From assembly GCF_009914755.1 (NCBI RefSeq), contig NC_060936.1: 64,000 nt of DNA; one strand, written 5' to 3'. Every line of letters begins with the position of its first letter. Position 1 is the first letter of the stretch. This stretch comes from the human T2T-CHM13v2.0 reference genome, Homo sapiens. A program made the translations under genes and the position numbers. Below the pieces are notes generated by a model, which saw nothing but the letters and a program-made list of their open reading frames with translations, made no database searches and was not told where the DNA came from. Of the stretch, positions 52,701 to 64,000 are shown in pieces.

Positions 52701-55700
52701 CTGAGATTAGTTTCATCCCACATCTAGAGGACCTGCTTCTAATGGTTCATAAGGTACTTCCACTGGGTTCAAGAGGAAGACACAGCTCTAGAAATCACCT
52801 GCTTTCCCAACAGGTGTGTCCCATGGTGGGGAAGAAGCCCAGTCCTCCTAACACCCACCTGGCTACCTTAAATAGCTTGCCACAGTCTCCCTGCAGAGAG
52901 CCCAGACTAGCTGTGTGACTTTAAGCAAATCACTTTCCCTCCGTGGGCCTCTTTTCCTGGAAAAGGGAGGAGTTGGACTCACTAGAGGGTCACAAGGACC
53001 CTACCAGTGTGACAGATCACATCTTCCATGACTCCGCTGCTCCCTCGGCCCCACACTGTGGCCCATGCCTGGGATTTTCAGGTAACCCTGCTGGCCTAGA
53101 GGACTTACATAGAGTGATTTGGAGGGGGTGGAGGAGGAAATTAAGTTATGTGATGCCAGATAAGTCATTGAACATACGGATGAGTGCATGTTTATGAAGC
53201 ACTGAAGAAACAAGCTTGCCAGATTCGTGGCGGATCTTGGATTGGAAGTTGGGAGTATGCGAGAGGTTTATGTGGGATTAAAGTTGTCTGTGGGTAGCTG
53301 AATTCAATAAGCTAAATCAGAGAGATCCCAAACTCTGCAGAGAGATCAGACCCCGCCTCTAACTCCAACAGAGGCTAATTACAATTTTGGGAAGTCCTCG
53401 AACCACACTAGGTCTCACTTCCTCATCTATTAAGAGCTACTGACTTTGATTATCTCTAAGGTCTTTCTTGACTTATCATTAATTAAATTGTGAGAATTGG
53501 GAGCTAGTAGAAAAATCTGGACAAATGCGTGGATGGAGAAGGGGATACCTCAAATGGCCTAAATATAGAGGGAAATGTTCTGTACAAGTGATACGTTTAT
53601 TCTTGAATCGGAGATAGCATTGGAGGATATATTCTGTACAAATATTGTGCTTCAAATGCTTACCCCTCCATCATCATCAATGATATTAAAATCATTGCTT
53701 AACCTGGGATATTTGCTTAACCTGGGAAGCCTCCCTGCATTTCCCCAGAGAGCCTAAGGCTCCCTTCCCAGCCTCCTGATGCCACTTAGCAGCCTGTGTT
53801 TAATTTGCATTCCTAGAATGTGACTTCACAGAGAAAGGGATCTGTTGTTTTCATTTTTGTGTCCCCCACCTTGAATAGCGACAGCCACAGGAATGTGTTG
53901 AGTGAATGAATGCGTGACCAGCCATTGTGAGCTCAGAATGTGCAGTAGCGATTTGACAGTGCCAGGAACTTGGCTCAGAGAGGCAGTGCACCTTGCCAGG
54001 GCTTCAAAACAGTGTTACCTTTATCCCCCTTTTGGCCTGTCCCAAGTCTAAGGTCATGAATGCTCAGCGCTTGGTGGCCAGAAAAGGCTGTTCTTACTCC
54101 CTTTTAGAGACCTTTCTTCCCCACGTCTTAGCCTGCTTAGTTCTCCTGCAAATTGGGGCTCTTGGTCACAGGGAATCGGGTGTCATTGCATACGCATTAG
54201 GATAACTCCTCGTTAGACACTCGGAAAGCAACTCAAAACACACGTGTACAGATTATTCATTAAGCAGTCTGTTGGTGGTCACGTGCTAAATGTTGGGGAA
54301 GATGCAGAGATGAATGTAGTGCTGCTGGCCTTGGGGTCTGGAAACTGGTGAAGGAGGCAGTCAGGTTACAATCATAGTGCTCCAGGGAGAACAAGGGAAG
54401 CAAGGAAGATGGAATACAGGGTTCCCACTTCAGGTGTTGTTTTTTAGTACAAACCATGATTGAGAATCCTCTTGGTTCAGGAGCAAGCTGGAGGGTCCAG
54501 GAATGGTCTCCACTTCCACATGACAGTGGTTTTCTTGTCCCTGAATTCCCAGGGCTAGGGTGATGGATGCTCAGAGACCATTGTGATGGGAGCCCTTGGT
54601 CCTTGTGGGGAAAGTCGGGGGAACACGCATGTTGTACAGGTGTTGGGGCTTGGGGAGGTGTAGGTGTGCATGCTCACCAGGGTACTTCTCAGAAGTATCC
54701 CTGCTCGTGGCATGGTGGGGGTGAGTCCACCTCAGGCCCCTAAGCTGTGCTTCTACTTCCTTTCTAATTATACAGCATGTATTGTCTCTGTGACCACTTC
54801 TGACACAGGAACAGACTGCCATCTACTGTCCACTTCTGTCCTGAGTCCCTCCTGCTCAAGGAGGCATTTATTTTTTCTCATCCTGTTTTTAATAGATCCG
54901 GACACCAGGAGAAACAGACGTGGAGTCCTATTTAGTAATTTTTTTAGAATTTAGAAGGGAGCCTTCAAAAAACATAGCACATCTGTCAGATGGTTTCCGT
55001 ATCTGTTTACAAAGTATTATTGTAAGGGGCCACTCTGCTGCCACTGAGTCTTGCTAGCCGCTGTGCGAGGTGCCGTGTGGGATACCAAGAGATACAAAGC
55101 AAGGCCTTACCTTCAACAGCCTTGCAGTCTACTTGGGAATACAGTGTAGATTTGCAGAGAAGCAGACTACAGGATGTGGCAGTAGATATTTGGTAAGAGG
55201 CATCTGGGTGGTAGGGACTACAGAGGTTTTGGGAGTTTGGAGGAAGGAGGAGCCCTTATAGGCTGGGGGATTTGGGAAAGACCAATATGGGTCTCCTTTT
55301 AGCAATCCCAGTGTTTAGGAAGAGGCTTCTAAGAGCTGTGCGATGTTGTGGGACAGGCTATGAACTGGAAACTCAGGAACCTGGAGGGCCTGAGGTCTAG
55401 TCCAGCTTCTGGCAGTCCTGCCCTGTGACCCAGGGCCTTGGGTTCCGCATCCTCAAAGCAAGGCTGTTGGTCTTCTTGTCATGTAAGGGCCCCCCCATCC
55501 CCGACCCTGCATCATGTACCACTCTTGGATGCAGTGGGAGGTGGTTTCCTGGTTTCCAGCTTGTCAAGAGCAATAGAGTCAATTGGATCCCATGCAGGAA
55601 GGATACCTGGATGCAGGGCCCTGTGCTGATGACCCCACATGCAGCAGGAGAGAGAGAATTTCCCCAGGGGAGTTTTGGGTGCTGTTAAAATACAAAGGGG

Positions 55701-57513
55701 GGAAATGTTCCATGCAACCTCTGCATGCCACTCCTCTCCAGAGCTTTCCTGGACTTTCCTTCCAAAAATATATGTGCATGGTGCTTTGCGTCCAAGATAG
55801 CTACCCCAAAAGAAATTGTATTAGTATTCTAGCATTGTTCATAGCTCAAATCTAAGATTCCTTCACATTAGAATTCATTCCATGATTGTTTTTATGGAGG
55901 TTTTCTTTGAGTATTTGAGACTTTTGGTAGCTGTGGATTAAAATGAGGAAAAGATTGTTTTCTATAGCTCTTTTACTCCTTGTCTCTTTTTCTCTGTCTT
56001 TCTTAGCATTTAAACCACCACCAAGGAAACCTCCAGGGTGTTTATTGCATATTCTTGCCTTTTGATGTGTGTGTGTGCATGAGAGAGAGAGAAAAAAAAA
56101 GAAAGGGAGAGAGGAGAGGCGAGAGAGAGTACAAGAGAGAAAGATATTTTAGACTGTGGTCTATTAGCATGTCTAGGAAATCAAGTTGAATTTGGATTGG
56201 GTTACAGGTTGAGAGACCTCAGCTCGTCACTGTAATCCTCTGACATTTCCCTTTTACTTTTTGGCTCTTGTCTGAATCAAGAATACATCTTCCCGTTCCC
56301 TCTTCCATGTTTACATCTTCTTTTGGGGCAGCTGTATAAAGTTACTGTCTGTCTACAGCAAGTCTCCTTAATTCTTTTGGGGACTGCTCGACAGAGGCAC
56401 AGTCAAGGATAGAACCATTAGAGACGGTCAGCTTTTGGACAAAGACAAAAAAATATGTTGAGGAATAGGAGAAATGTTCCAATTGTCGATTATGTGTTTT
56501 CCTGTGGTATGCTGATGTCTGTGACTGTTGTCCACAGAAAGAGAGCGTGAGCAGGGGCTGGGGCAGAGATAAAAGGGAGATTCTCCCCAAACCAACAAAT
56601 GTGGAGAGAGAGCAGGAGTCCCCAGCAACAGATATGGAGCCAAACAACCCTGGGAAGTAACTAGGAAACTTCCTGGTGACCTGAGATGTGTTTTGTAATC
56701 ACTGGTGAAAGTAGGAGGAGATGGGGTAGAGGAGAGTTACAGGTAGAGAAGTTCCGTGGGAGGAGACCCCAAGGTGAGAGAAAGCAGGGACTTAAAGAAC
56801 TGAAAGAAGCCCAGGGAGGGGATGAACAGAGAACATCCCATATATCCCATATCCAGTATGGTGGAGAGGTGGGCGGGAGCCAACTGGGAGCTTACTTTTT
56901 TTTTCCCAGGGGCATGGGAACTATGGAAAACTCTGAGGGCACAATTAAGCTTTTGTTTTTAAAAAGATCCCTCCGGCTGCAGTGTGGCTCTGAATAAAGA
57001 GTTGTTCAATGAAGAAAGGAATGGCTGATGGTTGGATTGATGGAAGAATTAATGAATGAGCAAACGAATGAATGAGATGCAGAGGGAACGCAGCAAGCCT
57101 GATTTGATCTCTGGTTACTTTGACCAGTACTGGCTCCAGGGGCGATTATCTCAGCCTGGGAGGCCAGGGAGTAATGCATTGATTAGAATGTCTCTGGACA
57201 CATGGATTAAAATATCTGATATTTTAGGGTGGTTGATAGTGGGGAGGACTTCTGAAACTTTTTCCCTCTTCTATGCATTTCCATCCTAATTTGATTTCAT
57301 TCAGGATCAAAAAAGAAGATGGCTTTTGAAATTACATCCCAGAAAATCTGAAACTGTGGCATTGACTTGCTCCAGAGAGGGCTGCTTGCATGGAAGACCT
57401 TTTCATAGGCTCATCGTGGAATAGGGACAGATGATAAAGTTTCTTGGGCATATGAAGGGGTCCCAGATTTCTGGACGTCAGATCCACCCATAGATGATTC
57501 CTTGGATTAAATG

Positions 57514-57514
<1 letters not shown>

Positions 57515-57558
<44 letters not shown>
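57515..57558 (+). repeat. (TG)~22 microsatellite
   Basis: Directly visible. Confidence 0.97.
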
Positions 57559-57561
<3 letters not shown>

Positions 57562-58281
57562 AAAGTTTTAAAGTCTCCTGAAAATTACCAAGTGCTACTG
57601 AACATTTTTTTTGTCAGTAGTGGATATCTGGATAATTTCTTTCAAGGCCACATTGCTTAGCATGTATAAGGAAAGTGTGTGCGGCAGAGACCCAGATGGA
57701 CAGCCGGCATGCCATCCAGTTGCTTGGGGAGTGTGAATACTCCTTGGCAAAGCCAAAGGGAGCCAAAGAGGACCTCTAGTGTCTTTGCTCTCCCATGTCC
57801 TGACTATTCCAATCTCACTTTGCATTTTGAGATCTTTTAACTTTTGCTAACAGTGATTGCTCAGGATGTCATTCAGGCCAATTAAATTTGAATGTCTAGG
57901 GTTGGGACAGAAGCTCACGAGGTGAATGCAATGTGCAGCCACGTTGAGAACCACTAGCTGACACTGCTAATCTACTCTGCTCTCCTCCCTGCCTTTTGGC
58001 GGCTTTGCCATGATATCTGTCCCATCCTCACCTCAGTTTGCTGAGAACTCCTCACTTAGTTAAGGAAGTTCTTCTAAGGATGTTCAACTAATATGGGCTA
58101 AGGCCTCCTATCCCCTAAAAATCCAGCATTTGCCTGAGAAATTGGACGCTAGGAGGATAAGACAGGTTCTTAGCAGATTCTGAAGCACTCACCGTCTCTC
58201 ATCTGCTGAAGGGTGTATTGAGGATGAATGATGGGGAACAGCAGGGAGAAAGACCAGCATCCATAGGGCAGTAACAGGGTG

Positions 58282-58488
58282 CAGACACCTATTTATATGT
58301 GTCATCGTAGTTCCCCTGACAGCTCCCAGAACCAGATATTATACCAGGCAGATATACCAGGCTTACAGGCACCTATTTATATGTGTCATCTCCTTAGTTC
58401 CCCCAACAACTCACAGAGGCAGATATTATACCAGGCTTGAGGGCACAACAACTCACAGAGGCAGATATTATACCAGACTTGAGGGCAC
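58282..58488 (+). repeat. Compound tandem duplication including a 42-bp near-perfect repeat
   Basis: 58405-58446 vs 58447-58488 are 41/42 identical; 58282-58348 is an older copy of the segment starting at 58366. Confidence 0.9.
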
Positions 58489-61400
58489 AGTTTGCATAAT
58501 GCATTCATAATGCAAAGTGGTTTGTGATCTTGGAATGATCAGACTTCCTACACTGGTTCTCCCCAGTAATTTGCATATCAGCCAGATACCCTCCTCTAGG
58601 GTTAGCTATGATCAGGGCTGCTGATTTCTGGCACTGATGGCTCAATGGGAAGGAAAGCGCCTATCCCCTCTGTTCTGTGGGATTCAGCAATCTTGGGCTG
58701 GTCCTTCCAGGAGGCCCAACCTGAGGACATGCTTTAACCAACAGGCCTTTATATTGAGAAAATAGTAGTTCTCTTCCTTGCCATTTCCCTGTTAGGAAGC
58801 CATGGCTTGCAGGACAGCCAGGGAGTAGAGGTTCAGAGAAGGAGGCTAAAAAAATCAAGACCTGAAAAAGTTAAGTTTCCAACCATATATTCCCAAATTG
58901 TAGAGTGGACCATATGGAATCATTGCAATCCCTGGGTTTCTCATTTACAACTTTTGCAAAAGATATTACTATGTATGCTGTCAGGCATGCTGGAGCCGGA
59001 TGTCTAGCACCCATTGCTAAGTGCATGCTTCGGTAAGAGCTTTGGACTTGGGATTCTCCAGACTGCTGAGTGACCTACGTGTAGTTTAGCAACATAATGC
59101 TTGGAATGAGCCACGCCGACCTGATGCGAGAACCGGATGGTAGCCGAAGAGAGCAGGCCAGGTAGTGAGACAACTATGATCTGCAGAGGTGGGCAGCGGG
59201 GTGGAGACAGGCTTCTTCTGCACCAAGTACTGCTACCTGAACTGTACATCACAGAGACAAGCCCTGCCGAGAGCAGTGGAAGCAGGAAAACACAGGCCTA
59301 TCTCTGTGTCTGTCATGTAAGTAAGTCTCTCTTGGCTGTGTGTACCTGCCACCATCACCCCATCCCACCCCAAATATACAGCATCACCTTCAGCTATAGC
59401 TTTTGGTTTTTGATTAAAGGACAGTAATATTTCCAGGAGGGAGAAGAGTGATGAACAGAAGCATTTATGTATGGACACTGGGCAATTTATTGTTTTTCAA
59501 AGTCTAATCTAGAACATGTTTGCAAGAAAGCGTGAATTGAGTAAAAAGTTTACTATCGTATTAAGGACTGTTAGGTACAATGACTGAAGGAGGAGTTAAG
59601 AGTGATCCTTCAATAATTCCCCTGTGGGATTATGCACATTTAAGGAAAAATGTTCTTCAGGCTATTTCTGCCTTAGAGCTAGGCATCATTACAGCGAAAT
59701 AGAGAACTAACCTTTAAGCAAGAGGAACCAAGTTCTAGTTCTATTTCTGTCAATCACTGTACGCACAACCTCTCAAAGCCTTAGTTTCCTCTTTGCAAAG
59801 TGGGATAATAAACCCTACCTACTTAACACAATGTGGGGTTTCAGGTGAGATGATGCATAGGATCGTGCTTGGCAAGCTGTAAATCTGTAAATTACAAATA
59901 TATATTATGGTTTCAACTGGTACATTCCTAAGCGAATAGCACATTGCTCTGTTGGGAAGACGGCTCTTCTCCAAGTCAGGCTGGGATAATGTTCCCTGAC
60001 AAGACACTGCCATACCTAGGTGTTCCCCAAACATTGTCTCTGGGAACCTTGAGGAAGCACCATAAGACATGGGAAGAAATGTTACAGCGCTGGCTTGAAA
60101 GAATAACAATGTATCAGTCTACTTATTTCTGATAATGTCATCTTGGGATAAGAGACTCAGGGTAGCTTAGTGAGGGACATGGGCATGCACTGCACAGTAA
60201 AAATGGTGTCCAGGAAACCTGGGTTTATTTCAGTATGGGTTGCCCACACTTCTGCCAACCCAGTCCCCTACTTCGTCCCCAGCTGCTCTTGATGAACTCT
60301 CTGCACACACTTGCACCTGTATCTGTGAAACAGAGCTCCTCCTCTTACATGAGAATGGATCTGGTTGCAAATCTAATAGATTCCGCTACCACAATGTCCC
60401 CTGCCTTTTTTGTTTACTTCATTTATGAAAATACCCTTGAAACATCCATAGTCCCATTTTGTAGACATGGTGCTTTATGTCTTTGAGATTATTAAATACT
60501 CATGCTCCTTTCTGATTGCTGTTTTCACCTCTTCTTTAGGCTTGGGCTTTTCTATTGGTGGAATTTGCTGTTCCTTTTCATGGTGCTGGCTTTCCTGAGT
60601 TGGGTGGTTGCTAATTCTTATTGCCAGTTTGTCTTCTGTGACAGATTCTCCGACATGCCTCGGATGTGGCTTCCGTGCTTGGCTTTAGCTTTTTATCTGG
60701 GCTCTCGTGTCCTGAATATTTACCTTCTTTCAGGAATTTCTCACAGCTTCTAGCCAATGAAAGTCCCCCTTCTTATTGTCAAACCCAGACAGTTATAATT
60801 TTATTTTAAATGTACTTTTTGTTACATTGTTTTGGGAGTAGGGCTGGAAGGACTTGCTAATGGATGAGTGGTGGAAAGTGAGAGAAAGAAAGATATGATG
60901 GAAGAAGGAGCAATCAAAGCCCCAGAAGGAAGCTATCGCATTGTTCTTGGATTCCTAAGCCTGCCAGAAAGAGCTGACTTACTTTACAGTTTCTGAGAGA
61001 ACTATGTGTGCTATTACTAGAAGCACAAGAGAAAGAAAAATAGGATGTTCAGCATGCTTCATTTATCTAATGTGAAAAATGAACTCTGCCCAGTGACTTA
61101 ATGGGCATAAACTCTGTTTCTAAAAAAGCCACTCATTCGGCAACGCACTTCTGAGTTCTTGATATGGTAAGGTATTGTGTTCTGTGCTGGACAGGAATAC
61201 AAAAATGCACGGTTCCTCACCTCCAAGAACTTATAGTACATGTAGGGAAATAAGACAACCCCTATTGAATATCACTCAAGATGGAAATGACTAGGGCCAT
61301 GGAATGTAACACACAGAGGGTACCTGGAGTTCCTAAGACTTCTGATGGATGATTGAGGAGAGCCCTGGATCAGGTAAGCAATTTGAAGGGATAGGGATAG

Positions 61401-63894
61401 CACAGACAGCACAGGGGTGGAAACAAGTGTGGAGTGTCGAGAGCTTGACCAGTACGCCTGAAAGGGAGGGAGTGTACACAGAGCGTTAATAGGAGCTCTG
61501 TCTCGAGGCAGCTTCCCTCAGCCCCTCCCAGGACATCGAGGTTTTGGGAGAAAGAGCCTATTGCTCACTCTCACGGCTCTTCTCCTTTTTCTCTGCTTTC
61601 AGTTTGTTCTTTGAACTTTTTGGAAACTTCCCCTGTTCTTTCTTTAACACTGTGCTTCATCTCTTGGGGTTCTACGTTTTGCAGGTTGTAGTGCTTGAGA
61701 TCCAGCCTTCCCAAATGATTTCTCTGAATTTAGTATTTGGTATGGGTTTTGCTATTTTGCTGCCATCCCAGCCCTAGCAAAGAAACGACTTACCCGGAGT
61801 ATGGACAGGGCTTCAGAGAAAACCCCTAACATTCCTGACTCCCGACTTTACAGAGCTCTGCCAAACCTTGCCTTGCGGGAGTAAGAAAAGCGCTAACAAG
61901 CCATCCTCTTTGGTGTCAAGTGCAGACAAATCACTTAGCCCCTCTGAGGTCCTCCAACAGTAAGCTACTGGTTTGTGAAACCCCAGGATAATCCATCTGA
62001 TTTCAGTCCTGCATTTAGTCACTTAGAACATTCTCGCACATGCATTTGCTGGCTCATGTACATACGAATATACACATATCCCTCTTTGTGCCCTTTCTTA
62101 GCCTCTGATGATTTCTTCTCCTCCAGGAGGCAGGAATCCAAGGCTTATAAACCATGACTTCTGGGAAGTTTTTTCTTCTGCTTAACCAGGGTATCATTGT
62201 TTTTTCTGCCTTCCCCTGGAGAATCACTGGCCACTGCCCTAGTGGTTGGGGCAAGGATCAGAGGTAGCTTGCATTCTGGGGTTTGTCCCCAAAGCCTCGG
62301 TGGGACTCTGCATTGGGGTCTGTAGCCTGGATCCACTCCAGTACCTTAACTAATCTCTTGACTCCCAGATGGTCCAAAATATGTGGATTTAGAAGAGCAA
62401 CAGACAGCTGTTCCTCTGGGCCTCTCCAAGAACACAGTTTGGTGTCTAGACCACCTTAGAGAAACATGGCAGAGGAAATCATGGTGGAGCAGCATGGAAA
62501 CAGGTGAAACCCAGACTTAGTACCTTGTTAAATTCCATCCTGGAGTGGAGATACCAGAGGAGCAGATATTACCTTTATTAACTGATAGAAATGTTTGGGG
62601 ATTTCTCTGACTTCTTGTAGGGTTGGATAAGCCCCAAAGTGAAGAGAATTTTGCTCCTTGTTTTAGCCATTAGGAAACTCAAGACCCTGCTACAGTGCTA
62701 TTGGTTTAATTTTTCCCTATCACATTGCCTCTGCAACTTCTGAATGGTTGCAGCCATTTCTTAAAATTTCCCTGCATTGTCACTCAGACAACAAGAATAG
62801 ATTTGGCCTTCTTCATCTCAAAATAATGGTCATGATTAATAGTTATTGGACTGGGAACAGTGCTCAGCCCTCTGTACGTGATCTCAGGAATCCTCACAGT
62901 ACTCAATGAAATAGCAATTTTATTATCTCATTTTTGCAGACAAAGCAACTGAAACTTCCACACATTTTCTACATTGCACCTAAGATCATCTGAGAAACTA
63001 TGCTGTACTTGTTTTTCTAATGTATGATCTGATTTTTCTATTATAATGTTAATTCTATGAGGACAGGGCTTTCTGTGTCCTTGCTTCATTGCTGTATCTC
63101 CAGCACCTGGACTACTGCATGGCACCTGGTAGTTACTTAGTAAAGGTTTTTCAAATGACTGAGTAACTCATCCAAGATTAAATGTCTAGGAAGTGGTGGC
63201 ACCAAGCTTAGGACGACTCTTTTCTGATTCCAGAGTCCAGACAGCCCTAACCACTATCCCACACTACCTTCTTGTTTATTTTTAAATCATTTTCCTTCCC
63301 TTCAATCCCTCTCCAGTGCCTTACACCTTCTTGCTGTAATTTGAAGCATGGCCACAGTAAGCTACCTCAAGTTTCTCATCTGTAAAATGGGGATAATATA
63401 ATGAACTACCTTATGGGATTGTACCCCTCTGCATGGTAGCCTCATCCTACTGTGCCTCCTAACCACGGCCTTTAAATCAGCAGGTATAGTTAATATATTT
63501 AGTTCTTTTAATCTAATCTGAAACACAAAGCATTTGCTTCCTTAATTCAAGATTTTTGGCTTTGCCTAGACTAAGCTTAAAACCAAAGAAGTACTGCAGA
63601 ACTGACTGAGGCTGCCAGAAGTACCACACTCTTGCACCCAGCCAGTGGGAAGTGGAAAGATAACAGCTAAGCCTTTGGGGATCCTTCCAGAAGTAGTGAT
63701 GACGTACAGCATTCTTTCTGATTATGAAGTAAATATCTGTTCTAATGTATGTTCAACATAGAGAGTTAAGAAAATGGGGAAAGAATAAAGAGTAAAACAA
63801 TGACCAGAAATACCTTCAATACCCTTTGACATTCTTTCTCTGTGTGTGCATGTGTTTGTGTGTCTTTGTTTCTGTGTCTGTATATGTGTATTTC

Positions 63895-64000
63895 CTTTAT
63901 TTTTGTTTTTTTACTTTAATGTAATTTTTAGAGACAAGGTCTTACTTTGTCTTCTAGACTCGCGTGTGGTGGCGTGGCACTCATGGTTCACTGCAACCTC
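63895..64000 (-). mobile_element. Old Alu (J-like), truncated by the window end
   Basis: T-rich tail then AGAGACAAGGTCTTACTTTGTC...TCACTGCAACCTC. Confidence 0.75.

Larger units (their letters stand above)
48600..63420. mobile_element. Scattered intronic MIR/MIR3 and L2 fragments (e.g. 48640-48770, 50960-51090, 51430-51560, 52905-53000, 53700-53915, 55020-55280, 56650-57000, 59690-59900, 61120-61420, 62820-63420)
   Basis: Recognisable MIR cores and L2 termini; individual limits approximate. Confidence 0.65.
44577..64000 (+). other. NTF3: NTF3 intron 1 (5' part; continues past the window end)
   Basis: Starts with GTAAGG. No ILQVNKVMSILF or neurotrophin-domain coding sequence occurs before the window end, consistent with the known long first intron. 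Confidence 0.9.

Noticed and set aside
58282-58488. CRISPR-like repeat-spacer arrays (also 5801-5929 and 22768-22979)
   Set aside because: Human DNA; units are contiguous duplications without unique spacers, and there are no cas genes.

Overview
Human genomic DNA (a consensus-perfect AluYa5 is present) covering the 5' end of the neurotrophin-3 gene, NTF3, on the + strand. About 42 kb of repeat-rich upstream sequence (Alu, MIR, L2, CR1/L3, about 10 kb of old antisense L1, MaLR LTRs, MER20, MADE1) precedes a CpG island at about 42.1-46.2 kb. The island holds a TATA-type promoter with the first exon encoding MVTFAT (44559-44576), plus a probable second upstream first exon encoding MWQPPSARIMMRQ (42748-42786). 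The rest of the window is the first ~19 kb of the long intron; the main pre-pro-NT-3 coding exon lies beyond the window. None of the other ORFs in the track look like real proteins. I found no convincing new multi-gene system. The best leads are: (i) uORF and tandem-donor logic in the two NTF3 first exons, (ii) a chain of strong + strand splice sites suggesting an upstream spliced lncRNA, (iii) several local duplications not explained by standard repeats, and (iv) transcription-factor motif clusters. Repeat subfamily calls and boundaries are by eye and approximate. Statements about NTF3 exon 2 rely on my recall of sequence outside the window.
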